A stretch of 64,000 bases of DNA from Ptychomitrium polyphyllum (GCA_973851085.1 OZ316775.1:13764001-13828000), one strand, 5' to 3'. Shown: positions 1 through 15,499, counted from the stretch's first letter. Notes: a model not told the origin generated them from the sequence alone. Made by a program: numbers and translations.

Positions 1-1059
1 GAGGTTAATTTAAAAGGATTTCAATTGGTATGATCTTTTATGTTTGTCAAAGTTTCACATAATGGTGGTGAAATAAAATTTGAGAAAAGCAAAAAGTATA
101 CTAAAAAATCAATTGCAAGCTAAGTTAATTAGAATAGTGCTATTTACAAAAAATTCAATACAAAAGTTACAAAATTTTATTTTTTTAGTAAATCAAAGTA
201 AATAGATAGTGAAGAAGCTCTTTGGCCATTTGAGTTAAGTATTAATTATAAATCATTCTTATTAAATTTTTATTGAATGATATATTCTTTTCAAGGTAGA
301 ATCAATGTAACCCTTAATAATTACAATTTTTGATGTGATGATGATAGTTCATTTTTTCCTCTTAAACTTTTACAAGTTTGAAGAAAATATTTGCCTTGTA
401 TCATTCTAGATCTATATTTTTTTGGTGGTGATATGTGATGATACATGTGGTGACTTTGAAGTACAAATTAATTTTGGAGAAGTGTGTTTTAAAATTAATC
501 AACAAGTTTTTGAATCCAGGAAAATTCTCATTTGTGAAAGGAAATGTTCATAATATTAGAGAATAAAAAGAAAACTTGTGCTTGTTGCATTTTAACAATT
601 TAAGAAGTAGAGTTTTGCAATATATTTTGCAAATATGCCACCAGAAAACAGTATCTTAATACACCGCTGAAAATGTCGTGCACTTAAACGCTATAAAGAT
701 TGTCACTGAAGAAAATGATTAGGGCAGCCTGGCTGGGTGACAGGCTAGGAGTGCTCCATTCATATTTTCTGGAATGCTCACAATTTTAATGAGGCCTTTG
801 CAACACCAGAACTCTACAGTGTTTTGTGGCATCTTAGCACGTTGCTCAGGTCAACTACTGGTCAGTTAGTACACTGTTTTCAGATATAATACTTGCGTAT
901 CAAGCAGTGTGATCTTCACTGATTAACCTAAATATATACAGTATTTGCCGATATATACTTTTTGCTTTCATTTTGAAAATGACTAATCGAACTGTATCAA
1001 CAATAATACGGGAATTACTGTAGCAACCAAAGTCACATGACAAATGCAATACAATTATG

Positions 1060-1800
1060 TGAGTCCGGGAGCAGCCGGCTTCAGTTTCAACAGAAGACGG
1101 AGAAATCGCTCCGGAATCCCTCTCGGAGTACTTATCATTTCCGGCGGTAATAGGTCATCTAATCCATACCATGGACTCGGATCAGATTGTCTCATGAATA
1201 TCACGAACCAAACGACCTGGACATGTCAAATTTAGAGCATCTGCAAAGAGAATATATCCATTAAAAGTCCCCCAAGAACCTCAAAATCTGCTCACAGAAT
1301 CAAATTGGCACAACCAAAGATTCTGGTCTCATCCACGGACACATCATGAGCTCCGACAACTTGGAAGACACAACTGTAAACTCGATTTTCACAAGTGCTT
1401 TAAAATGCATCCAATAATAACTTCACAGATATGTTCATAAGCAAAACTGAGGTTGTGAGCACACACGATGGAAAACTGTGTGGTATCGGCAAATGCTATT
1501 CTCTTTAGTCACATTGAAATATGCCAAGTGATTTGAGATTCACCAAGAAATGCTACACTAGGTACTGAACTGTGCTCTTTCCGCACTATAACAGTGAAAA
1601 CTTCCCACAATAATCTCGAATGATACACACTAACGGCTGAGGAGAACAGATATATGTAATAGACATCATTAGTTGACCGCCCTTCCCGAAACCGGAGGGC
1701 CAACTTCCAGAAAACCTGGTCGGAACAGAGGCGCAAATTGAGAACAATATAGAGCTGATAGGGTAAGGACTCGAGCACTTTCCAATCAAGGAATCAGAGA
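1060..1800 (-). pseudogene. Possible decayed membrane-protein (PGG-like) gene remnant
   Basis: Hydrophobic peptide pieces in shifting frames (ILFSICASVPTRFSGSWPSGF / VYYIYLFSSAVSVY / VLTTSVLLMNISVKLLLDAF / VVWFVIFMRQS) occur in the same order as the TM segments of the PGG protein at 19.6-20.7 kb. Weak, by-eye similarity only. Confidence 0.25.
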
Positions 1801-2497
1801 AACTATCTTCCGAGATATTTATTCGTTTCAAGAATCTAATTAGCTGCAGCTTTCATGCTGTTGGATACAAAAGTAGACGTGCTAAAAAATGTGCATTCAA
1901 AGTTCGTCGATAATGGCCAATCTTATATTCATAAATAGATGACCCACTCCGAGTTTCCGATTTTTGAGCGCTCAAATTGAAATCTAAACTTGTCCACTGG
2001 ACATTAACAAACTTTGGCCATCAAAATCTACTGTTACAGCTACATGTCAATACATGACAAATGCGTAAGCCTGAAACTCACAATAGCAAACGAATGCATC
2101 GGGATCACTGTGGTTTTCATTCGCATGCAACAACTCTTCCCTCCCTACCAAGCGAGGTTCCCACAGGACTGTTACCACACACAACGAAACAAATTCAACA
2201 CATTGCAATGCTTCATCCTCATCCCCATGAAACAAACTAGACATTACCAATGAATACAACAGAACCAAAAAAGCTGTCTCATACACAATGTTTCCCTCCC
2301 AGCAGTTAAACACATCGTCAAGAATTCACGCACTCATACAATAGAGTTACACTAGAGACTGCCATCATACGAAATGTAATCACAAGGATGGTGCGAGAAT
2401 ACGAATAAAAAACTCCGTAAGAAGCAAATAATTCACAGGTGGAAAACGTAAAGCTCAACAAGGATAGGCCTCAAACTCCGTTGGTATACCATACAAC

Positions 2498-3923
2498 CTA
2501 ATACTTGTAGTCTTTCACGTGCAAGCTCTCGGTGCCCTCGCTCGATGCGCTGCCACCATAACTACCCAAACTCGCCTCCGAATTCGCCTTAGCACGCACA
2601 TACAGCGCCTTCTGGGCAGCCTCCACATTCTCCTTCTTTCCGCCCCATGTTTTCAACACGGTGGCCTGCAATGCGCGACCGAACGAGAATGACAATGTCC
2701 ATGGCTTCGTTGCCTTCAATGCGTTCATTGCATTCAGGTTTAGAGTCGCCTCCTCCTCGGATTGTCCTCCAGACAAGAACACCACTCCAGGCACGGCAGG
2801 GGGCACGGTCCTCTGCAGAGTACGGACGGTGTACTTCGCAATCTCCTCAGGAGACACTTTCTTGGCATCGGACCCGGGGGTCACCATGTTGGGCTTCAGA
2901 AGGGTTCCCTCCAACAACACATGCTGCTCGTTCAAGGCCTTGTAACAGGCGGCCAATACCTTCTCGGTCACCTCAGCGCACTTCTCAATGCTTTGGGGTC
3001 CATCCACCAAAATCTCGGGCTCAACGATCGGCACAAGACTGTACAACGAAACAGCGGCGCAATCAGAACATCAAGAATGAAGACAGAAGTCCCTTCCGAT
3101 TCCTTCCACAACGAAACTAAAACGACCTCTCGCAAAGTCCTGAACAATCTCATGACGAGGAAGAACTCCAAAACCAGGTCGGCAAACATCCTAATTATGA
3201 CTAGAGAATCAATGTGCAATCAAAATGTGCTCACTAATAGGGAGACCCAAATAACCTCTACAAGAATATTTTCATACAAGATTTCCCATCACGATCTACT
3301 CGACGCATTATCGAAACATATCTGACCCATTGTACATCTAAAAGCACCAAGATATCTTTACATTTCCGAGGGATGTGAAGAGGAAACACGCACCCAGACT
3401 CCTGGCAAATGATGGCATATCTCGCCAATCCCTGGGCATTCTGGTCGATGGCCAACTGCGTAGGCTCCAGCTCACCGATCTTCAAGACTGCCCTCCACTT
3501 GGCGAACCGGGCACCCGCATTGTAGTACGCCGCGCACCTCTTGTGCAAGTCGTCGAACCCCTGCGTAGTAGTCTCGCCGTTCGTACCCCACAAGTCGATC
3601 GTGCCCTTGTCCACCTTGATTCCGGGAACCACACCGCCTTCCTTCAACACCTCCACGAACGGCTTCCCGTCGGCCGTCTTCTGGTACAGGGTCTCCTCGA
3701 ACAGGATCACTCCGCTCAGAAACTCGTTCACTCCGGGGGTCGTGAACAAGAGTTGCCTCAGCGCTTGCCTATTGGCCTCCACATTCTCCACCTTGATGCT
3801 CGACAACCGCTTCCCGATTGTGCCCGTGCTCTCATCGGCAGCAAGAATACCCTTCCCGGGGGTCGCAACATACTTGGCCGTCGCCACGAGCTCATCGGCA
3901 TACTTCCCCGAGTAAGGCGCCAT
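2498..3923 (-). CDS. FBA: Fructose-bisphosphate aldolase, class I, cytosolic type (356 aa, 2 coding exons)
   Basis: Exons 3923-3394 and 3038-2498; intron 3393-3039 is GTGCGT...TGTACAG, joining [14 protein letters not shown]. Motifs [42 protein letters not shown] (Schiff-base Lys), [21 protein letters not shown]-terminal ...DYKY; no transit peptide. Confidence 0.97.
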
Positions 3924-3950
3924 CTCTCACCACCAACTCCGTCCAAATAT

Positions 3951-4185
3951 CTACACAACACACCAAACAAAACCAAACCCACATCAAACACCGCCCTCAC
4001 AAACACACCACAAAACAATCACCCAAATGCAACAGAATCCTCAAAACAGCAAACCCAACTCCACCAATCACCGTAACGACCCGGAACCTCAGCACCTCTC
4101 CTCCTCTTACACAACAACCAATACACTGAGTTGTTCTCACAAACCCCAGAAGCAACCTACACCAGCAAGCAACCTCCGAACTCAC
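3951..4185 (-). other. Probable 5'UTR intron of the aldolase gene
   Basis: Donor GTGAGT at 4185 and acceptor TGTGTAG ending at 3951, 28 nt upstream of the ATG; GT-rich body; TATAA-like motif near 4375 (minus). Confidence 0.6.
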
Positions 4186-7100
4186 TGCAAAGTGCAGATC
4201 TTCGCAACCACGGCACTGTTTGCAACGAAATAAAAACTAAAAACACTTGAAGGGCGACGAGGAGCCCGCACCTAACAGCAGCGGTGGTGGAGAAGTGCAA
4301 CTGACAATTGCAGCGATCTTCGGAGTTTCTAGACAGTGTCTCGCAGCACGAAAGAGCAAATGAGTGGTCCCTTATACTCCTGCGCTCTATCGTCGCGGGT
4401 ATAACAATGTATAGTTTGTACGTATCATGTACAAAATATGTCACGGATACGGAGCTGGTGGGGTTTTTTTGGTTGGGAACGGAGGGTTTGCAGGTCGGTT
4501 ACCGTGGGAGTTCTTATCCTGATCGCACGGCTTCCGTAGGGGGGTGTTGGGAACGGTGTGGGAGCGGCTATAGGGAGCGGGATGCGGTTCCCGATAGCGG
4601 TCAGTGTGCGTTGGGATGGGCGCCCATGATAAGTGATGCAGTGATGGGGAGTGCCAAGTAGGAACAATTGGCAAGTGTGACTCGACAGGGAGCAGGTTGA
4701 ATGGCATCTGTCTGAATTATTCCATGACTCGGGTCCATTGATTGTATCACTTTCCTTGTGACGTTCATTGCATTCTACAGTGGAAAAAATGAGAGGACTC
4801 TAGCAAAGATTTTACAGTCGGCCCTCCTTAAGTGTTTGGCTTCTCAAGCGGAAAAAAGATGATGTTTATAGAGGTATAACATGTAACAAATAAAGAAAGT
4901 GTTTTATAAAAATCACATTTATGTAAATAACATTAATCAAGGGTGAAAGTTGTAAAAAATAACATTTACCAATAATGAGAGGTCATATGGAATAACATAA
5001 TAATTAAAAAACCTTTTACATTAGTGACTATACTATTAGGAAATATATATATCAATAATTCTTTTATGAGTGCATTGAATTTGAAGTTTTGTTAAATCCT
5101 TTTCAATAGATTTCAGCTTAAACTAAGATGATCAACTAGCATGAGATTTTGCTTAAGATAAGTGAGAATAAGCTAAAATGTTTAATTTGTGGAGGTAGCT
5201 ATATCAACTTTGTGATTTCATCGTCGTCATCTTCAACTGCATTATTCATTTATACCATCTAAATATAAAAAGAGCATTGAAAGTTTTTTAGTGTGATTTA
5301 TACTTGCAAAAAGAGGCTATATATATATAAAGCCCTAAATTCTAACTCTAAACTTACTCATTTTCAAGTAATTGCACATATAAATGGTTATTTATATATA
5401 ATAAATATTAATAAAAATACCATCTATTAATATAAATAATAAAGATAATATTTATTGAGTGTGGATTTATAAAAAAAAGGGCATAGATTTTTTTTAATTG
5501 TTCAATATTTAACATATAACATTTCCAGTGTAATTTTTTGAAAGCGCTAAAAAGACAATAATTAGGGCATTATAACATTTATAAAGGCAACATTTGAAAA
5601 AGACTGTGTTATTGTGATTTTTATTTTTAGTTGATGAATAAATGTCACATCAATTGCATGAATTTTTAAAGTTCCATATAATTGCTAAGTATTCTTAACT
5701 ACTATTTTTAGTTATTACTATCAAAATATAAAAGCTAATTATAAAGTTATTTAAGATACAGTAGTGTAAAAGAATATCTTAATTAATTCTCATTTTAATA
5801 GTATAATAATTCAAAATATAGTATAAGCTTTTATTTATGAATGTCATATTCAATAAAGGTTGTTTATAAAAAAAAATTGAAAAAAAGAATTTTTTCATTT
5901 CGAAATTGAATCTAAAAGGTGTTGTTGTACAAAGACTTAAGTACATTTATTGTATTAGTGAGAGCATTTGCCAAGGATGATAAACTTTCAAGTCTACATT
6001 TAATATTGATTGTACTTATTTTCAACCATTGTTATGACCATAGTTCATGTAGTGAATCAAGATAAAGAATTTTTTAAAGAAAATTGAATATTAATTGGCA
6101 CTTTGACAGCTAATGTCCAAGGATATTAAAGGATGTGTGGTTTAAGGGCCATGTTGTGGAAAAAATGACCCATGATATAGAAATTTTTTAAACTGAGAAA
6201 ATTTGATAATAATGATTTTCAATAAAAGATTGAGAATGATAAAAGAAACGCTTGCTTTGTCATTTTTTTTGAAAATAATTTTAAAAATAATTTTATTGTT
6301 AGGATTTGTATAAATAATACAAAAATATTCTATTCTATTATCTTCAGACAACTTTAGGAAAGCATTTAATATATAATATAATGTTTAAAATTTAGTAAAT
6401 TAATATTGTATATAAATTTTAGGAAAACAAATTTAAGCAACACAAAATATATAATCTTCTACCAATTTTGTTTTATGTTAATTATTATAAAATCTACACA
6501 AGAATTTTGATAATTTATCTGTGTATTTTTAATTTAAAAAATACTAATAGCAATCATTAATAATATTGCAAATGTTCAAAATGTTTTAAAAACTTTTGTA
6601 TTGCAACTTCTTATTAAATAAGATAATTAAAAATAAATTAAGATTAATATTATTTGTTTGTTTACATAAGCATGTATAAAGATTTTCAATTAAAAAAACA
6701 TATCATACACTTGTTTTATATCTTCCAAATTGTTGCAAGAAGTAATATTATTATAAATTATTAAAAATTGTTAAAATTTTTTAGTCATATGCATTAAAAA
6801 AATAAGAACATAACATTCATTAAGTTTGTTTTTTATTGAAGTTTATATGGTCAATTAAAAATAATATTATATAAGCTTTAGTTAAGTTTACATACCACTT
6901 AATGCAAGTAAAGTAGTATTGTAAAATGATCATATGTGATTTTATTGGTCACCATTTCATATAAAATATACAATATTCAAAACTTGTGAGAGTATCTTTA
7001 TTCACCTTGTTTATAAAGAGCTCTCTTATTGTTTTCAAACCACCCTCTTGGACATTATTAAATGAAACATTTAATACTTAAGAGCTCAATTTGTAATTTG

Positions 7101-10100
7101 CAAATTATTCAAATCCGTCTTTTAACCATAATCTTTAATATAATTGAAAGTATTTGATGATTCTTCATAAAATCAATGGTATGAATCTCCTTGAATGGTA
7201 TGTAAATCATACTTCTATAATTATACGCCATTGTTGCATGTGCTCCATTTAACAATATTAAATTTTATTAATTCCAAGAAAAAGTTTAAAAATTTTAACA
7301 TATAAATTGGAAATTTTTAATCATTTATATGTTTATTATTCTTTGAAGCGTTTTGGTTATGAATGCTCATTTATGCAAAGAACTTATCTACCATATTAAT
7401 TAAATAATAAATTTTTTTCTATATAATTAAATAATAAATTTGATATTTATAATTTTTGGCAATAGTCTACTACATGCACCATTCCATCAAGCAAATTCAT
7501 GTTTTTATAAAAGATTTTTTGATTATTATAATTTTGTCAAAATTTTCCAAAAGATTGTGAAAAGAGATGATGCCAAAAATCTAAATTTTAAAAAAACTTG
7601 CTCCAAGATTCATTTCAATGCTTAAATATTCAAACTTAAGTAAGGTTGTACATTCAAATCTTATTTACTTGCTTTAAAACATTCTTGTTTTAAAACATTA
7701 TCCTTTAGAAATGTCACATTTTTAATATGTCAACTTTTCTTATTTAAATTACAACAATTCAATATCTCTCAAGTGGATGAGAATATAAGTTTCTCCTTTA
7801 AAGTACCAATAAGTAAAACATAAATTTATATGGGCTACGTAAAGCAACAAAGATAAGTTTAGACTTTGTTTAGAAATAGATAAGAAAATTTGGAGTGTAA
7901 ACCTGCCCTTTCTTATGGGCCATCTTCATATTTTATTGAATAAAAATTTGCTAGTAAATACCATCACCATTGTTAAGACTTTTATAAATTTGGTTGTACC
8001 AATTGATGTTTGAATAACCTTTTGTCAATGGCAATGCATGGACAATTAAGATTTATTTTAATAAGAAGAACTGGTCTTTGCTCAATGTCAAGAGCCTTTG
8101 GTTTTCATCCACCAAAAATGTCATAATTACAATATTAAACAATAATTCACATTCAGTTGCCTCAATATTTGCAAAAACTCTTAAAGCTACAAAATTGAAT
8201 TATGCTATAGTCACAGCTTCCATCAAGCCTCCAAGATCCTAATCACTTATAAGTTGAGCAAAGCGGATATTATAATAGGCTTACAATAGGATGTCTTTAA
8301 ACTTAATAGCCTAGTAAAATAGATATTTTGTAAATCCAACTTTTATTTCTTTACTTTAAAATATAAATTGTTTGGTAACCGTTTCAAAGTATAAATCATT
8401 CCATGTGCAAGACCAACTTTCCACACAAGCAATTTCCAATAAAAGAAATTATATCATTTAAAAATCTAATTTCATCTTTGTAAATTATAATTGAAAGCTA
8501 ACAATTTTAACTAGAATCTCTTAATAAAAAAAAATACTAAACATAGTGCAATGCTTTGAGATAACTTATGCCTATTGACCAAGGACCAAAGGATTAGAGT
8601 GTATAATAAAACATGAAAGAATTAATTCTTAAATAAAATAAATTTATAATTTGAATCAATGAGTCAATGAATCAAAGAAAAGAATTTAAAAATTCTCTAA
8701 ACATGATTTAGAAAAACCCTTTGTCATAGATTCTATATAATACAACAAAAATCAAGTATATTCTTATACAAATAATATGAATGCTATTTATTTGAAAATA
8801 TATGCTATAATCATGTTTTAAAACGTATTTATAACCATAATTCAACATTTAGTGTATGGCTTTCATGGTGATGACATCATCATAACATTCACTACACTTT
8901 TATTGATGCTTCAAAGATACATTTGAGAATTACATTGTTTCAAAAAGTAACATTCAAAAAAAATAACAAAATGGATAGAAGTATAGTTTTCCTCCTTCAA
9001 TAAATAAAATTACAAAAAAGACAATCATATCTAATTATCTAATGATATCTAATGTCGGTGACATTGATTTGGTGGTTTACATTAATATTATAACAAGATA
9101 TTTAAAATTAGTGGTATCAAACACCATTTTTTGTGTACTGCTTGGAAATGGGCAAAAGCAAAAGGCTCTCATGTAAAGGAGTTCAGAGTCTGGTCTCTCA
9201 CAAGTACAGTGTTTAGCCAGTGTCTGTACAAGAAGATAATTCAAAAGCTTCGTTTCTGTCTGCTTTTCTATCCTGCACTCTCCAGTATCCATAAGAGCTT
9301 TTAGTTTGTGAGAGAGCTTGTGAATGATGCAACCTGGAGCCTTCCAGTGAGGAAAGGCATATGCTTGGATATGTCAATTGGTGAATGATAATATCTCTGT
9401 ACACTTTGGAATTGAAAGAAAATGGTTCACTGTATTTACAGTCTGCAGAATCAAACCACATGGCACTGTAAGAGTGATAACTTTGTGTAGCCCAGTGGTT
9501 GGAAACCAACTCTTTTCCAACCACACTGAAGTATGTGTAGTTACAAGAGGCCTCACTCTACAGGTGATCTGCCAGGGAATGTAGAATAACTTCAAATACT
9601 CATACACATATTTCGATTTGCAAAGTTCTTTACAATACATGTGTTGTGCTCAATGAGAGAAACAGATACCACATGCAGGAATTTACAAGATAGAAGTGCG
9701 CCCTCACTACTTACAGATGCAAAGAATCATTATCCAACTGCCTTTCCATATTTCATAAGGTCACCTTTGCTTCAGTTGTTCAATAACTTCATGGTAAGTT
9801 GAATTGTTTCTTATCTTTTGTGGTATATTATTGCCAGACACAACACAAACATGCACAAAAACCTTGTTGCAAACAGAAGGAGGCTTGGTTGAATTGGCTA
9901 GAACACCAAGCTTAAGAAGTGCCTTTCAAAATGTCCTCCTCAACCCTTAATTTTAGGAGAGCTACAATTTGATGCTCTATTGGTTGGGGCATGTGGATAC
10001 ATGTTCTAGGTGGTGATATCTGGATTCTGATGTAATTGGGATTTAGGTGTGGGCCTGTTTTGGCTTGGGATGGTGACTGGTTGGGTCGGTTGCTTGTTAG

Positions 10101-13100
10101 AGCTTATCACAAACCTGCCTGGTTGGGGAGTTGCGGATGGTGGAAACAGTTTGTGAACAGCTTGATAGCTCTTTTGAGAACTGTGCTGGAATCCATTTCT
10201 GTGCCTATAGCTAGTGGGCACTGTTGATGATGTAGTGGTGGTGCAATATTAGAGTAATGTCCACGAGTAACTGAGCTTAGAGAGGGTTTGGAACTTTGGT
10301 ATATACTTTTGTTTAACATATAGCATATTTTCAGTCTACTGGGCATCTATTCTATTCATTACATTCTTTAGCCCAATGGAACATACTTCTTAAGAATCAA
10401 CATTTTCCTCAAAGTGTTGGAGTGACAAGGATAGTAAGAATCAAGAAATTCTTTTGTACAGATCATGTGGTGCTATAGACAAGGATAGTAAGAATATAAT
10501 GTCAGTGCATGCTTCTTAAGCTTTATTATATTAAAGATGTGTATATGGTAGATTCCTCATAACCATGGCTTTAAGAAATTTGATATTAAGAACCACACAA
10601 AATCACCTCCAATTTTGCCAGTACTTGTGATCAAGTCCAAATTGACAACCATCTATTCATATCCTTTGCTGGTTATGGAATTAGCCCTTGAATTGAAAAT
10701 CCACCGCTCATTTGTTTGTTCTTCCAAAAATTGAAGCTAAATGAAACTTCATGTTAAGAATGATGCCAAGTGAATGTAAGTAGGATACCTTTGAGTGACC
10801 TCAAGCAAGGGCAAGAGAGTGGATTTCAAGTGAAATTTTTTGGTCAAAAGGTATGAAGTCTATTTTGCATAAGTTTAAGGCCAAAAGATTAGAGGGGGAG
10901 GACTTTGCATAGACATTTTTAGCACGACAGGTTAGTGATAATAGCTTTGGCTCGAGAACAGAAAGGGAGACTTGTGATGTCAACATATGGATATTAGTCA
11001 TATGAAATAAGAAAAGGAATGTTTATAATATTCAATACAATGCACTCAAAATAGTCCAAGTCATGTTGTTCTAAGAATTTCAAGCATACTTAATTTAATT
11101 GAAAAATCTAATTTTTTTTGGTAGAGTTATATTCTACCATATCAATACAAATAGAAATCCTAGTTTAAAATGGTACACTGTTTATAAGATTCACATTTTA
11201 GAATAATATTCTAATGTGATAGAAACAGAATTTTTAGATTCATTGTGAATGTTTAACAAATTCTTAAAATTTAACGTGGAAGGATCCTAAATATAATCCT
11301 TCATGCATCTAGAAAATGGGAGAAAGAACCTATTCCACATGGAAATATCACATAATGCCACACTTGACTTCACTAATGATTTAAGTTCTGCATAGGCCCT
11401 TCATGAAACGATAAGAGTTGTTTTGGAAAATCTACCTTGATCTTGCTGCCGTTGTGTAGTGCAGTTGTAGTTTCGCCTTGCCATGAATCATATTGATTTG
11501 TAATGCCAGAAAGCAAAATAAAATGCAACAGAGGACAATCACCTGAATACAAGGTCAACCATGCACATTGCAAAGGCACCCAACTTACCTCTGCTCTAAT
11601 CTGTTGGGAACAGGTCAGAAGTACTTGGAAGAAATTGACCAGATATTCTAGGTAAAGTGTTTGTAGAATGTAAAATTTGGTTGAGAAATATTCAAGTTTG
11701 GATACAAAAATTCAAATTTTAGTATTTTAGATAATTGAACTTCAAAATGGATAATGTAGGGTTTGGCCTATGAATGATGTCACAGCACACAGAGGGAACA
11801 TAGCACTGCTTTTAGTTCTCACTCTCTATGTTGTGGTGCCACTCATAACCCATCTCGTCTTGTAGTACTAATATGAAATTGACAAAGATATATCCTCAAA
11901 ATGCTAATCAAAATTGATACCATTTGTATGTAACCCCTCATCTATAAGTTATCATCCATACTGCTTAGAACATCACAAACTCTATTTTGAGAACTGCATG
12001 ACCCTTCTTAAACTTTAATTGCACCTATTATGAATTCCTTTACACTCTTGATTTTAGCTGTATTGTTGTCATACATGCACTCACAAAACAAATTTAGATT
12101 TGTGCACACATTTACCAGTGTTCAAATTAAGGGTGGAAAATGAAGGCTTGAATTTCAAGGTGAAATTATATTACAATGTTTTTAGCAAATCAAATCTCAA
12201 ATGAATGTGAAACACATCTCATATACTTCAAAGTCAAAATTTGGCTTATTAATTCCCATTCTATCAGTTTTTAATGACAAGGATGAACATTAATCTTTAC
12301 TGGTGGGTACTACATAGTGGCCCAACTTACAAGGGTAAAGGGCTCTAAACCATGGGGAGTTCATTCCTATGATCTGCTTCTGACACCTTTGTACCTATCT
12401 TCAAGATGATATGAGAACTTTAATTTGTCAAACTTTTGGGTGCACTAGGTGTGAAGTTTAGGTTACTCCATACTTTTATAAAGGAATTTCTTGTTTCAAG
12501 ACATGGAAAAATATCTCTGAAACAACTTTTACACAAAAATTGGTGATTCATGATCCTTTAAAATTGTTTATCTGACAATATTTTTACTTTCTTATACAAA
12601 TGAAATTAACATTTCATTGTGAATGCAAAACAACTACAATAAAAATCCCACTGCCTCCAAGGCTAGTCATCTGGCCCAGTTGGCATTGATGGTTTAAAAA
12701 ACTTAATAAATAAATTATGTGCAACCAGTACCTCTTACAATCTTCCTATGCCTCAGTTGGTCCTTGGTAGTTTCATGTTCCTTGTAACATACCTTTTCAA
12801 AAAATCAAATTTTGAAAGATCTTCACACAGTAGAGATTCAGTTAGTGATATCCAATTTTTTTTCTTTAAGGCAAACAAGCATGATTACTATAAATAAATA
12901 AAGTGGTACTTTTTTCAAAGTGATGAACAAATCCTGATTTCTTCATAAGACATATTATTTTGACACTGTAGGATGAGTTATGAATTATCAAAGTTGGAAA
13001 TCTTGGTGCACAGCCTCTCTTTTATATATGGGTACTAGTAGGTTTGTAAAAAAAATCTTCACATCAGCCAAACCTATCATGGTTGTTGTGATGGAAAATT

Positions 13101-15499
13101 TAGTTCTGATCCATGTTTTGCAAACATACAATACTGATTGTCCAAGAAGGAATCAACAGCTCCCTTTTGTAAAGCTTTCCTATCTTGTTCTTTTTGTTAG
13201 GACTCCTACTCTTGTAAGAGAATTGGGCCTCAGGACCATGATGGAACTTGCAGCCTTCAAGTATGTGGAGCATATGCTTTGCATCAAATGGGTGATCAAG
13301 AAAACCATTACTATTCTTCATAGGATATCTTGGGATGCCACAACATGTCTGCAGTATCTGAGTCTCACCAGATAGAAAGAAGAATGCTGGTCTCACTTAT
13401 GTCACCATAGTGAGTAAAGAGATTGTTTCTTTTGGATCCCGGAAACTTCTATGCATAATTGGTGGAAAATGATGAGGAACTCGCATCCCTAAATAGTCGT
13501 GGCATGAATGAGTGTCTGTTTATTCAACCTCTAAGCCTATGATCTTGTGTCATAAAATATTGGTGTAGAATTATTCTTTTGTGTAAGGATTCAGATGTTA
13601 TATGGGAGCAGTAACCTGACAATGAATAGTAACTAGTAATCAAACTGTCAAGACACCAAATAGTGTGTTATAGTTTTGTGTTTGTAAAAGATGAACATCA
13701 AGTTATGATCTAAATTTTTGATTGTTTGTAGGTCTTTATAACATTTCTCTAGTTCAATTTAGAATTTGGATGGGCTTGTATGAATAAGAATGTTGTGTTG
13801 TATTGAATTGATATTGCTATAAATAAGTGGAATAAGAATTAATACTACTGCCTTCATAAATGTTAAAGCGTAATTAAAGTAGCACCAAAGCAATATCAAT
13901 AAATTGAATTGCAACTTTTCATTGTATTTTTTGTATGAAATTTGCAATAAAAAAAATCAAACAAAAATGGAGAATAAAAGTATTTTCAAGTGTTCCCTCT
14001 AGCCAATTATAGAACCTTTCCAAACAACTAGGACAACAACCAAATGTAGTTGAAGATGAATGCCATTGTGATATTATAGCAACCAAATAAGTCAAGAAAA
14101 CTAAAGAAGAAGTGAACAAAGAATTTGAAGGCCACATGCAATTAAAATCCCATCATTAACTTCTTTTAACAATTATTAGTACCAAATTATTTTGTCAATA
14201 TTTACATGATGTTTAAATCTTAAACTTGCAAGTAGTGGTTATTAAACTTATCACGGCCAAACCATTAATTATATGGCAAACTCTTACAAAATCTTTAACT
14301 TTTATCAACAAATGACACATGGCTATAAGACTTCCTATAATAAACGCAAACCCAATTAAAAAAGGCAAATAGAAAGAAGTGGTATTAAACATGCCATCCG
14401 CCAACTATGTTGGCACTGATTACACAATAATATGGTAGTTGTACCCTTTTTCCTACCACACATAAAACAAAAAAAAGCCAATTTGTACAATTACTTATTT
14501 AAAATGTACAAAACCATTAATTGGATGAAGATTGGAGCATAAGCTTAAAACACTCTCGATACTCCTATTTATACTTGCTTTTAATCAACAAAATATCATT
14601 AAGCAACATGTCCTTCATATAAAGGAGGTGCACCCTACTTTGACATAAAAAATAGTAGGTGTTTCACATTGCAAGTACACATAATTCTTTTTGGAAAATT
14701 TTCCTAATAAGGATCAACAAACATTGCCACAAATACAAGTATGGTGCAAAGTATTACAATATTGAAAAATAGATAAGTTTTCTATGGCCATAGGCATAGC
14801 TTTTAAAAGCCTTTTTCCAATCATATGGACATTGTTTTCAAACATCAAAGTCATTCAAATTGACAACTAAAGTCAACTTTTCACGCACTAAACTAAGCAA
14901 ATAGGCTCTTTTCTATACAACAAATGGTAAGGGCTATAAGATGCCAAAGATGTCTATTTATTAAAACAATAGCCTATAACAATCTATAACAACATTAGGT
15001 CCCAATTACAATGGATTCTACAAAACAATTCATATTCCCGTAAACCACACTTGATTATGGTCGTGCAATGATCTATCACAGCATTTGTGTACAACTTCTT
15101 AAAAGAACCAAGGATCTACCTCAATTAGTTTGTCAATACTTCAATAAGACTTCTTCATGTGCCAAAACACAATTAAGAAAAAACCATAACTGCCAACTTT
15201 GAAGTGTGTTGTGGTAAAGCCATAATTTTAATTCACTTACTAAAATACTTCTTCATCACCAATGTGTACTTAGTTTTGCATTCAATAACCAAAAACGGTT
15301 CCAAAAAGTCCCAAAGAGCCCAAATATATGATGGGCGAAGGCTTCAATTGAGGTGATAGGGAGTTAAAACTTTATCCTACCTGGTCACATACTTTACAAA
15401 AACAACATAAAATGCTGAGACATGCCAGTCCGCTACTATAGATTGCACAACATAGAATCTCCTGTTGCAAGCACAGGAGTTTATCAAAGCTCTCCCCCA

